Shown here: positions 1 through 10,774 of the stretch, piece after piece
Position numbering within the stretch: position 1 is the first letter of the stretch
How the letters are laid out: every line of letters starts with the position of its first letter
Assembly (NCBI GenBank): GCA_030390025.1
Contig: CM059432.1
Span: forward strand, 135,410,001 to 135,474,000
From: Squalus acanthias
Taxonomy: Eukaryota
Length of the DNA: 64,000 nt
Direction of reading: 5' to 3'
Notes under the pieces: model-generated
What the model was told of the DNA's origin: nothing
What the model saw: only the letters and a program-made list of their open reading frames with translations
The model's database searches: none
Made by a program: the position numbers and the translations under genes

Positions 1-309
1 AAACACAGTAAAGGGATATTCTGTAAGTTTGTTATGCTGATTCAAAAAGACCACATTAAAGAGAGAGAAAATACATACTACCAAACAAAATAAAATGCAA
101 ATGGAAACAGCAGCCAAAATGGAGTCAAACTTCAAAAAACAGCAGGAAAGGGGAACCACAATCCTTTGGTGTCTTGAGCCCGCTTCTACCAATGAACAAT
201 ATTAATAAGATGCGAGGGTACAAATCCCACCTCCCCCACCCCCAAAGTCACACACTAATTGCAACTGAGGGGATAGATTTTCCCCACTTTTGTCAGGATG
301 TGTGTGACA

Positions 310-620
310 CTGTCAAGGCCACATTATCCATCCCTAGTTGCCCAGAGGTGGTGGTGGGTTTACTCCCACAATGGTTTTACATTGGGAATTTAAGGATTTT
401 GACCCAGCGACAATGAAGGAATGGTGAAATATGTCTAAGTCAGTATGGCATGAGACTTGGAGTGGAACCTGGTGATGATGCTTTCATTATCTTGTTGCTC
501 CCATCTTTCTTGGTGGTACAGGTTGCAGGAGCTGGGTAGTGCTGTTGAAGTAAGCTTGGCAAGTTGCTGGAGTGCATCCTGTAGATCGTACATACGGCAT
601 CCACAGTGCATCGGGAGATT
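310..620 (-). mobile_element. 3' fragment of CR1/L2-group LINE (local family B)
   Basis: Similar to 28300-28640 and to the reverse complement of the 20950-21280 tail (catccctagttgccc, caggattttgacc-agcgaca-tgaaggaa). Confidence 0.7.
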
Positions 621-2446
621 GGCTACGGTAGATTGGGAATTAGATTAAAATGTATGACAGTAGATAAGCAGTGGCAAATATTTAAAGAAATATTCCAAAA
701 TTCTCAACGAATATACATTTCATTGAGAAATAAAAAGTCCACGGGAAAAGTGATCCATCCGTGGCTAACTAAAGTAGTTATGGATAGTATTAGATTAAAA
801 GAAGAGGCTTATAATGTTGCGAAGAATAGTAGTAAGCCTGAGAATTGAGAGAGCTTTAGAAACCAGCAAAGGATGACCAAAAAATTGATAAAAAGGGAGA
901 ATAGAATGGGAGTAAACTAGCAAGAAATACAAAAACAGATTGCAAGAGCTTCTACAAGTATGTAAATAGGAAGAGATCAGCAAAAGTAAGCATTGGTCCC
1001 TTAGAGGCTGAGACAGGAGAAATTATAATGGGAATAAGGAAATGGCAGAGACTTTAAACATATTTTGTATGTCTTCACAGGAGAAGACACAAAAAGCATA
1101 CCAAAAATAGTGGGGAACCAAGGGACTAATGAGAGTGAGGAACTTAAAGTAATTAATATTAGAGAAAAAGTACTTGAGAAACTAATGGGACTAAAAGCTG
1201 ACAAATCCCTTGGACCTGATGGCCTACATCCTGGGGTTCTAAAAGAGGTGGTTGAGATAGTGGATGCATTGGTTGGGATCATCCAAGATTCCCTAGAGTC
1301 TAGAACGGTCCCAGCAGTTTGGAAGGTAGGAATGTAATCCCGCTATTCAAGGAGGGAAGAGAGAAAACAGGAAACTACGGGCCAGTTAGCCTGACATCAG
1401 TGGCCAGGAAAATGCTGGAATCCATTACGAAGGAAGTGGTAACAGAGTACTTAGAAAATCATAATATCATTAGGCAGAGTCAAAATGTTATGAAAGGGAA
1501 ATCGTGTTTAACAAATGTATTAGTGTTTTTTGAGGCTGTAACTAGCAGGGTAAATAAAGGGGAACCAGTGGATGCAGTACATTTGGATTTCCAAAAGACA
1601 TTCGATAAGGTGCCACATAAAAGGTTGCTAAGTAAGATAAGGTCTCATGAGGTTGGGGGTAATATATTAGCATGGATAGAGGATTGGTTACCGGACAGAA
1701 AACAGAGCATTGGGATAAATGGGTCATTTTCTGGTTGGCAGGCTGTAACTAGTGGGGTGCCGCAAGGATCAGGGCCTCCGCTTTTTACAATCTATATTAA
1801 TGACGTAGATGAAGGAACCGATTGTAATGTATCCAAGTTTGCAGACCATACAAAGCTAGGTGGGAAAGTAGCTGTGAGGAGGACACAGAGCCTGCAAAGG
1901 GATATAGACAGGTTAAGTGAGTGGCCAATAAGATGGCAGATGGAGTATAATGTGGGGAAATGTGAGGTTATTCACTTTGGTAGGAAAAATAGAATATTTA
2001 TTTAAATGGTGAGAAACTATTAAAATGTTGGTGTTCAGAGAGATCTACGTGTCCTCGTACAGGAAACACAGAAAGTTAGCATGCAGGTACAGCAAGCAAT
2101 TACATAGAAACATAGAAGATAGGAGCAGGAGTAGGCCATTCGGCCCCTCGAGCCTGTTCCGTCATTTAATGAGATCATGGCTGATCATCCAAATTCAGTA
2201 CTCTGTCCCTGCTTTCTCCCCATATCCCTTTAGCCTCAAGAAATATATCTAAACTCCTTGAATTCCACAGGTTCACCACTCTCTGGGTGAGAAATCCCTC
2301 CTCATCTCAGTCCTAAATGGCTTACCCCTTATCCTTAGACTGTGACCTCTGGTTCTGGACTCCCCCGCCATCGGGAACATCCTTCCTGCATCTAGTCTGT
2401 CTAGTCCTGTTAGAATTTTATAAGTTTCAATGAGATCCCCTCTCAT

Positions 2447-3517
2447 TCATCTAAACTCTAGCAAATATAAGTCTAATCGACCCAATCTCTCTTCATACGT
2501 CATTCCTGCCATCCCAGGTATCAGTCTGGTGAATCTTCGCTGCACTCTCTCCATGGCAAGAACATCCTTCCTCAGATAAGGCGACCAAAACTGCACACAA
2601 TACTCAAGGTGTGGTCTCACCAAGGCCTTGTACAACTGCAGCAAGACATCCTTGCTCCTGTACTCGAATCCTCTCGCTATGAAGGCCAACATACCATTTG
2701 CCTTCTTAACCGCCTGCTGCACCTGCATGCTTACCTTCAGCGACTGGTGCACAAGGACACCCAGGTCTCGTTGCACTTCCCCTTTTCCCAATCTATTGCC
2801 ATTCAGATAATAATTTGCCTTCCTGTTTTTGCCACCAAAGTGGATAACCTTGCATTTATCCACATTATACTGCATCTGCCATACATCTGCCCAATCACCC
2901 AAACTCTCCAAATCATACTGGAGTTTCTCTGCATCCTCCTCACAGCAAACACGCCCACCCAGCTTTGTGTCGTCTGCAAACTTGGAGATATTACATCTAG
3001 TTCCCTCGTCTAGATCATTAATATATAGTGTGAATAACTGGAGTCCTAGCACTGATCCCTGCGGTACCCCACTAGTCACTGCCTGCCATTCGGAAAAAGA
3101 CCCGTTTATTCCAACTCTTTGCTTCCTGTCTGCCAACCAGTTCTCTATCCAAGTCAGTACCTTACCCCCAATCCCATGTGCTTTAACTTTGCACGCTAAT
3201 CTCTTATGCGGGACCTTATCGAAAGCCTTCTGCAAGTCCAAATACACCACATCCACTGGTTCTCCTTTATCTATTGTACCAGTTACATCCTCAAACAATT
3301 CCAGTAGATTAGTCAAGCATGATTTACCTTTTGTAAATCCATGTTGACTTTGTCCGATCCTGTCACTGTTTTCCAAGTGCTCTGCTATTACATCTTTTAT
3401 AATGGACTCTAGCATTTTCCCCACTACCGATGTCAGGCTTACTGGTCTATAATTCCCCGTTTTCTCTCTACCACCTTTTTTAAATAGTGGGGTTACATTA
3501 GCTACCCTCCAATCCAT
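2447..3517 (-). pseudogene. CR1 ORF2 reverse transcriptase segment
   Basis: Open stretch of 356 aa with [33 protein letters not shown] and FADD. It is frameshifted relative to the adjacent ORF2 pieces. Confidence 0.9.
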
Positions 3518-3952
3518 GGGAACTGTTCGAGTCTATAGAATTTTGGAAGATGAACAGCAATGCATCTACTATTTCTAGGGCCACTTCCTTAAGTACCCTA
3601 GGATGTAGATTATCAGGTCCTGGGGATTTATCAGCCTTCAATCCCGTCAATTTCCCTAACACCATTTCCCTACAAATACTGATTTCATTCAGTTCCTCCC
3701 TCTCATTAGACCCTATGTTCCCCGGCATCTCTGGGAGGTTATTTGTGTCCTCCTTTGTGAAGACAGAACCAAAGTATGTATTTAATTGGTCTGCCATTTC
3801 TTTGTTCCCCATTATAAATTCCCCTGATTCTGACTGCAAGGGACCTACGCTTGACTTCACCAATCTTTTTCACTTCACATATCAATAGAAGCTTTGAGTC
3901 AGTTTTTATGTTCCCAGCAAGCTTACTCTCATATTCTATCTTCCCCTCTTAA

Positions 3953-4924
3953 TTAATCCCTTTGTCCTCCTTTGCTGAATCCTAAACTGCTCCCAATCCT
4001 CAGGTTTGCTGCTTTTCTGGCCAATTTATATGTCCTCTTCTTGGATCTTATGCTATCCCTAATTTCCCTTGTTAGCCACGGTTGAGTCACCTTTTTTGTT
4101 TTATTTTTATGCCAAACAGGGATGAACAAATTCTGTAGTTCATCCATGCGATCTTTAAATGTTTGCCATTGCCTATCCACCGTCAACCCTTTAAGTAACG
4201 TTCCCCAATCCATCCTAGCCAACTCGCGCCTCATACCATCGTAGTTTCCTTTATTTAAATTGAGGACCCTAGTCTCTGAGTCAACTACTTCACTCTCCAT
4301 CTTAATGAAGAATTCTATCATATGATCGCTCCTCCCCAAGGGGCCTCGTACAACAAGATTGCTAATTAATCCTCTCTCATTACATAATACCCAGTCTAAG
4401 ATGGCCTGATCTCTAGTTGGTTCCTCGACATATTGGTCCAGGAAACCATCCCGTATACACTCTAGGAATTCCTCCTCCACAGTATTGTTACTAATTTGGT
4501 TAGCCCAATCTATATGTAGATTAAAGTCACCCATGATAACTGCTGTGCCCTTATTGCACGCGTCTCTAATTTGCCGTTTAATGCCATCCCCAACCTCAGC
4601 ATTGCTGTTTGGGGGTCTGTATACAACTCCCACTAACGTTTTCTGCCCCTTGGTATTTCTCAGCTCTACCCATACATATTCCACATCATGAGAGCCAATA
4701 TCCTTCCTTACTATTGTGTTAATCTCCTCTTTAACCAGCAATGCTACCCCACCTCCTTTTCGCCTGTCTTTCCTGAATATTGAATACGCCTGGATGTTGA
4801 ATTCCCAGCCTTGGTCACCCTGGAGCCATGTCTCTCTAATTCCAATTATATCATATCCATTTACATCTATTTGCGCAGCTAATTCATCCACCTTATTACA
4901 AATGCTCCTCGCATTAAGACACAA
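3953..4924 (-). pseudogene. CR1 ORF2 apurinic-like endonuclease segment
   Basis: Motifs NARS, ETWL, GGGVAL, YRPP, GDFN, LDWVL and SDH. Confidence 0.9.
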
Positions 4925-5108
4925 AGCCTTCAGGCTTGTTTTTTTTTAACACTCTTAGATCTTTTAGAATTATTTACTGTGGCCATGTTTGATTTACACC
5001 CTTGATTTCTCGGACTGCCACTTTTGCTTTTCTCCTTCCTGTCTTTTGCTTCTATCCTTGTTTCCCTTTCCTCTGTCTCCCTGCACAGGTTCCCAACCCC
5101 CTGCCATT

Positions 5109-5600
5109 TTAGTTTAAACCCTCCCCAACAGCAATAGCAAACACTCCCCCTGGGACATTGGTCCCGGTCCTGCCCAGGTGCAAACCGTCCAGTTTGTACT
5201 GGTCCCACCTCCCCCAGAACCAGTTCCAATGTCCCAGGAATTTGAATCCCTCCCCCTTGCACCATTCCTCTAGCCACGTATTCATCTGAAATATCCTTCT
5301 ATTTCTACTGTGACTAGCACGTGGCACTGGTAGCAATCCTGAGATTACTACCTTTGAGGTCCTATTTTTAAAATTTACCTCTAAGCTCCCTATATTCAGC
5401 TTTTAGGACCTCATCCCGGTTTTTACCTATATGCACCACGACAACTGGCTGTTCACCCTCCCCCTCCAGAATGCCCTGCAGCCGCTCCGAGACATCCTTG
5501 ACCCTTGCACCTGGGAGGCAACATACCATCCTGGAGTCTCGTTTACGGCCGCAGAAACGCCTATCTATTCCCCTTACAATGGAACCCCCCCTCACTATAG
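5109..5600 (-). pseudogene. CR1 ORF1 SGNH/GDSL esterase remnant
   Basis: GGSIVRG (GDS-like block), CLPGA, VVVHIG and DGLHL motifs across ORFs 5368-5595 and 5109-5336. Confidence 0.8.
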
Positions 5601-6013
5601 CTCTCCGCTCTTTTTCCTCCCGTCCTGTGCAGCAGAACCACCCATGGTGCCAGGGAGTTGGCTGCTGCTGCCTTTCCCCGATAAGCCATCTTAGGAATTA
5701 GGAAGGTAAATGGCATATTGGCCTTTACTGCAAGGGGGTTGGAGTACAAGAGTAATGAAGTCTTACTACAATTGTACAAGGCTTTGGTGAGACCACACCT
5801 GGAGTACTGTGCACAGTTTTGGTCTCCTTACCTAAAGAAGGATATACTTGCCAAAGAGGGAATGCAACGAAGGTTCACCAGACTAATTCCTGGGATGGGG
5901 GGGATTGTCCTAAGAGAGATTGAGTAGACTAGGCCTATATTCTCGAGAGTGTAGAAGAATGAGAGGTGATCTCATTGAAACATAAGATTCTGAGGGGGAT
6001 TGACAGGGTAGAT

Positions 6014-8556
6014 TAATTAATAACCTTGTAGTAATTGGGCCTTTAGGGAAGAGTGACCAGAATATGATGGAATTTTATATTGAGTTTGAAAGTGACTTAG
6101 TTAAATCCAAAACTAGGGTCTTAAATCTAAAAGCAAACTACGTAGGTATGAGGGGCGAGTTGGCTAAGGTAGATTGGGAAACTACATTAAAAGGTTTGAC
6201 GTTAGACAAGCAATGGCTAACATTTAAAGAATTAATACATAATTTACAACAAATATACATTCCTTTAAGGCACAAAAACCCCCACAGGAAAAGTGGTCCA
6301 ACCGTGGCTAACAAGAGAAGTTAAAGATAGTATTAGATCAAAGAAAGAGGCTTATAATGTTGCCAAAAAGAGTAGTAAGCCTGAGGACTGGGAGGATTTT
6401 AGAATTCAGCAAAGAAGGATCAAGAAATTGATAAAGAAAGGGAAAACAGAATACAAGAATAAACTAGCGAGAGACATAAAAACAGACAGTAAAAGCTGCT
6501 ATCGGTATGTAAAAAGGAAAAGATTAGCAAAAGTAAATGTGGGTCCCTTACAGGCTGAGACAAGAGAAATTATAATGGGGAATAAGAAAATGGTAGAGAA
6601 ATTAAACAAATACTTTGGGCTGGATTTTACCAGTCCTGAGGAGGTGGGTTTGGAGGCAGGACTGCTGGGAACAAACAAAAAAATGGGAGCGGGTCCCAAA
6701 CCCACCTCCAACCAATCTTCCGCGGAGTCGGGTCCACGATTTGCGCAGGGACCCGACTCCTAGCGGCTGGAAGAGGATTATAGCCACTTAACAGGCAGTT
6801 AAGAGGCTTTTCCCAATTTTTCGACTGTTGCTGCGGGCTTCCCGACGTTGGGAACCCCGCCAGGGTAAGTGAGGCGTGCTGTGGGTCTGTTGTGTTGGTG
6901 TTTGGATGACAGCTGCAGAAGTGGTGTGAAGGATGCAATGGGACACTGGTTAGTATCAGAGGTAAGGAAATGTTGTGAAAGTAATTTTTAATGTGGTTAG
7001 ATATTTCTGCAGGTGACAAGCTGTGAAGTGTTTGTGTAGCCTCATCTCATCGCAAGAAGTGACAGATGGCTTCTGCAATCTCAGCTGCAGCTGCCATCTG
7101 TTTTATCCTAAGGAGAGAGTAATTGGAGAGCTTGGGTTCAAAGGCTCACCTTTGGACAGTGATTGTCAGTGTTTGACAGCACCTCAATGCTGTCAAACAC
7201 TGTCAAATCATCTGTCAAACAAGTGTGGTGCATATGCCTTTAAGAAAACCGCAGATGAAGCGTCATCAACTTCAGCAGGGCGGGCTTAACAAGGCAATCA
7301 GGGCAAAATAGCGTCTGTTCGTCAGACGTCGCTGGGGGCGGGACTGGAACCCGAAAACCAGCAGCCCCGCCTCGAACTCGGCCTGGAAGGCAAGATTCCT
7401 CCCTTTGCGCGTGTCTTCACGGAAGACGACACAAAAAAACATGCCCGGAAATAGTGGAGAACCAAGGGTCTAGTGCGAATGAGGAACTGAAAGAAATTAG
7501 TATTAGTAAAAAAAAGTACTGGAGAAATTAATGGGACTGAAAGCTGATAAATCCCCTGGAGACGATAGCCTACATCCTAGGGTTTTTGAAAACGGTGGCT
7601 AGAGATAGTGGATACATTGGTTGTCATTTTCCAAAATTCCAGAGATTCTAGAACTGTTCCCGCGGATTGAAAGGTAGCAAATGCAACCCCACTATTTAAG
7701 AAAGGAGGGAGAGAAAATGGGGGAACTACAGACCAGTTAAGCCTGACATCAGTGGTCGGGAAGATGCTAGAATCTATTATTAAGGACGCGGTAACAGGGC
7801 ACTTAGAAAATAATAATCGGATTGGGCAGAGTCAACATGGATTTATGAAAGGGAAATAGTGTTTGCCAAATCTATTGAGAGTTTTTTGAGGTTGCAACTA
7901 GCAGAATAGATAAGGGGGAAACCAGTGGATGTGGTGTATTTGGATTTTCAGAAGGCATTCGATAAGGTGCCACACAGAGGTTATTAAACAAAATTAGGGC
8001 TCAGGGGTAATATACTAGCATGGATTGAGGATTGGTTAACGGACAGAAAACAGAGAGTAGGAATAAACAGGTCATTTTCGGGTTGACAGTGGGGTACCGC
8101 AAGGATCAGTGCTTAGGCCTCAGCTATTCACAATCTAGATCAATGATTTGGAGGAGGAGACCAAATGTAATATATCCAAGTTTGCTGATGATACAAAGCT
8201 GGGTGGGAATGTAAGTTGAGAGAAGGATTCAAGGAGGCTTCAAGGGGATATAGACAGGCTAAGTGAGTGGGCAAGAACATGGCAAATGGAATATAATGTG
8301 GAGAAATGTGAAGTTATTCACTTTGGTAGGAAAAATAGAAAAGCAGAGTATTTTTTAAATGGTGAGAGATTTGGAAATGTTGGTGTTCAGAGGGACCTGG
8401 GTGTCCTTGTACACAAATCACTGAAAGTTAACATGCAGATACAGCAAGCAATTAGGAAAGCAAATGGTATGTTGGCCTTTATTACAAGAGGATTTGAGTA
8501 TAAGAGTAAAGACGTCTTACTGCAATTATATAGCGCCTTGGTGAGACCACACCTGG
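6014..8556 (+). mobile_element. Tail-less CR1 ORF2 fragment nested in same-orientation CR1
   Basis: Starts at the endonuclease end (LINNLVV…SD) and stops at RPHLE. The host resumes at the exact point where it broke off (gacagggtAGAT…AGATgcagggagg). Confidence 0.7.
6617..7403. mobile_element. Non-autonomous PIF/Harbinger-like DNA transposon (MITE), 787 bp
   Basis: Imperfect TIRs GGGCTGGATTTTACC / GGCAAGATTCCTCCC (10 of 15 match), inverted subterminal similarity and a 3-bp TTT duplication. It splits the host CR1 sequence tacTTTgc. Confidence 0.75.
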
Positions 8557-8899
8557 AGATGCAGGGAGGATGTTTCCCCTGGCTGGGGAGTCTAGAACCA
8601 GGGGTCACAGTCTCAGAATAATGGGTCGGCCATTTAGGTCTGAGATGAGGAGAAATTTCTTCACTCAAGAGGGTGGTGAATCTTTGGATTCTCTACCCCA
8701 GAGGGCTGTGGAGGCTCAGTCCTCGAGTATATTCAAGACAGAGATCGATAGATTATTGAATATTAAGGGAATCGAGGGATATGGAGATAGTGCAGGAAAG
8801 TGGATTTGAGGTCGAAGATTAGTCATGATCTTATTGAATGGCAGAGCAGGCGCGAGGGCCCATATGGCCGACTCCTGCTCCTAATTCTTTATGTTCTTA

Positions 8900-9084
8900 G
8901 CTGTGGTGGAGGGGGTGGCTATTTAGTCTAGTATCACAGGCACTAATCATGTGGACTGCTCTGTCCTGGATCGGTTGAAGCTTCTTCAGTATTGTTGCAG
9001 CTGCACTGATAGCAGCGAGTATTAAATCACACTCCAGGCTTGATCCTTGTAGATGGGGGCTGGCTTGATCCTTGTAGATGTGGT

Positions 9085-9115
<31 letters not shown>

Positions 9116-10095
9116 AGAGGGAAAAGAGGCTTTTTGAGATATCAGGAAGTGAGCCATTTGCTGCAGAGTATCCAGCCTCTGCCCACCTCTTGTAGCCATG
9201 TTGTGATATGGTTGGTCCAGTTCAGTTTCTGCTCAACAGTGACCCCCAGGATGCTGATGGGTGGGGACTCACTGAAGGCCGGGGAAGTGTTCCGGCTTTC
9301 TCTTGTTAGAAATCGTCATTGCCTGGCACTTGTGTGACACATGTGTGAACTGCCACCTGTCCGCCCAAGCCTGGATGCTGTCCAGGTCCTGATGTACACT
9401 GGCCTGAGCTGCTTCATGATTGTAGCAGAACACTTAGTCATCAACAAATAACCCCATTTCTGATCTTCTAATGGAGGAAAGGTCATTGGTGAAGCAGGTG
9501 AAGCTGGCTGGAGCAAGGAAACTGCCCTGAAGAACTTCTGAAGCAATTAACCTCCAACGACTATGACGCTGTTCCTTTATGTTAAATATGACTCTAGTCA
9601 CTGGAGGGCTTACCACATGGTCCCTATTGATTTCAATTTTGCCAGGGTTTTCTGGTACCATACTCTATTGAATGGTGCCTTCATGTCAATTACTCTTACC
9701 TCTATTCTCTCATTTAGTTCCTCCATCACTTCTGCATCAAGGATGTAACCAGGTCTGGACTCAAGTGGTTCAATTGCAGCATCAGCGAGCAGATTATTGG
9801 TGAGTAGGTAATGCTTGGGTCACAGTGGATAACTTCTTCCACAGCCTTGCTGATTTTTGGGAGGAGCTGATAGGGTAGTAATTGGCTGGGTTAGATTTGT
9901 CTGGCTTTTTGTAGAGTGAATGTCCCCCAGCAATTTTCCTACATTTCTTTCTTATTATTGGGTAGATGTCAATGTCATAACTTTATTGGAATAACTTGGC
10001 TGAGGGGGTATAACTAGTTCTGATGCACAGGTCTTCAACACTACACTGGGATGTTGTCAGGGCCCATAGCCTCTGCTGTATCCAGTACACTCAGC
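8900..10095 (-). mobile_element. Old family-B LINE fragment (RT region)
   Basis: Remnants LQGSFLAP…FTNDLSSIRRSEMGLFVDD are collinear with the 20027-21300 copy. Confidence 0.75.
9085..9114 (+). repeat. Poly-G tract (G30), preceded by a 19-bp local duplication
   Basis: 30 consecutive G. The sequence ggcttgatccttgtagatg occurs at about 9037 and 9062. Confidence 0.9.
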
Positions 10096-10109
10096 TACTT
10101 CATGTCTCG

Positions 10110-10605
10110 TGGAACTCCATGGCCTTGCACTTCCTTATCTCTATCCTCCTTCAGCCCTACAAACCTCCGGAGATCTCTGCGCTCCTCCAATTCTTTAACA
10201 TTAGCCATACTCCCGTGGGAGGTTACTGCACAGAGGCCACACACTTTCCAGTGGGATGGAAGGTAGCATAGGCAGTGGACTGCACTTGAACATTTCCAAG
10301 AGATTAGACAGGTTGGCATTATTGAAGGAGCAAGTCACTCATCATGGACCATCAACAACAGGTCAGGCTCTTGCGCATCCCTTATTTTAACCGCTCCACC
10401 ACTGGCGGCTGCACGTTCAGCTGCCTAGGCCCCCCAAGCTCTGGAATTCCCTTCCTAAACCCCTCTCTCCTCCTTTACGACACTCCTTTAAACCTACCTC
10501 GAATATCTCATGTGGCTCGGTATCAAATTTTGTTTAATAACACTCCAGTGATGCACCTTGGGACGTTTTACTATGTTAAAGGCGCTATATAAATGCAAAT
10601 TGTTG
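10110..10605 (+). mobile_element. L2-type LINE 3' end, interrupted at about 10194-10365
   Basis: Collinear with the L2 copy at 58610-58885. It ends in an L2-type tail (ggcgctatataaatgcaaattgttg). Confidence 0.75.
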
Positions 10606-10774
10606 ATGGTCCATGATGAATGACTTGCTCTCAATTCTTCAATAACGTCAACCTGACTAGTCACTTGGAGATGTTCAAGTGCAGTCCACTGCCTAAGCTG
10701 CCTTCCATCCCTTTGGAAACTGTGTGGCCTCTGTGCAGTAACCTTCCAGGGGAGTATGGCTAATGTTAGAAATT
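10189..10774. repeat. Inverted repeat, ~170-bp arms (10189-10358 and 10600-10774), ~240-bp spacer
   Basis: The arms are reverse complements along their whole length with scattered mismatches and one indel (e.g. tcatcatggaccatcaacaa / ttgttgatggtccatgatga). Confidence 0.93.

Larger units (their letters stand above)
2103..5690 (-). mobile_element. Young CR1 LINE (family A), 5'-truncated in ORF1, nested in a plus-strand CR1
   Basis: (TTCTATGT)n tail at 2103. ORF2 has APE and RT domains, and ORF1 has an SGNH esterase remnant. AATTA is duplicated at 2098-2102 and 5696-5700. Confidence 0.92.
628..8899 (+). mobile_element. Degenerate CR1 LINE host copy (pieces 628-2102, 5696-6013, 8557-8899) interrupted by nested insertions
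   Basis: ORFs 1065-1337 and 1319-2005 contain RT motifs (DFQKTFDKVPH, GVPQGS, KFAD). The sequence resumes seamlessly after each insertion and ends in a CR1 3' UTR and tail near 8899. Confidence 0.85.

Noticed and set aside
2609..4949. Plus-strand ORFs of 60-172 aa (also 39829-42840) as novel genes
   Set aside because: They are antisense or alternative-frame shadows of CR1 ORF2 and recur in each copy.
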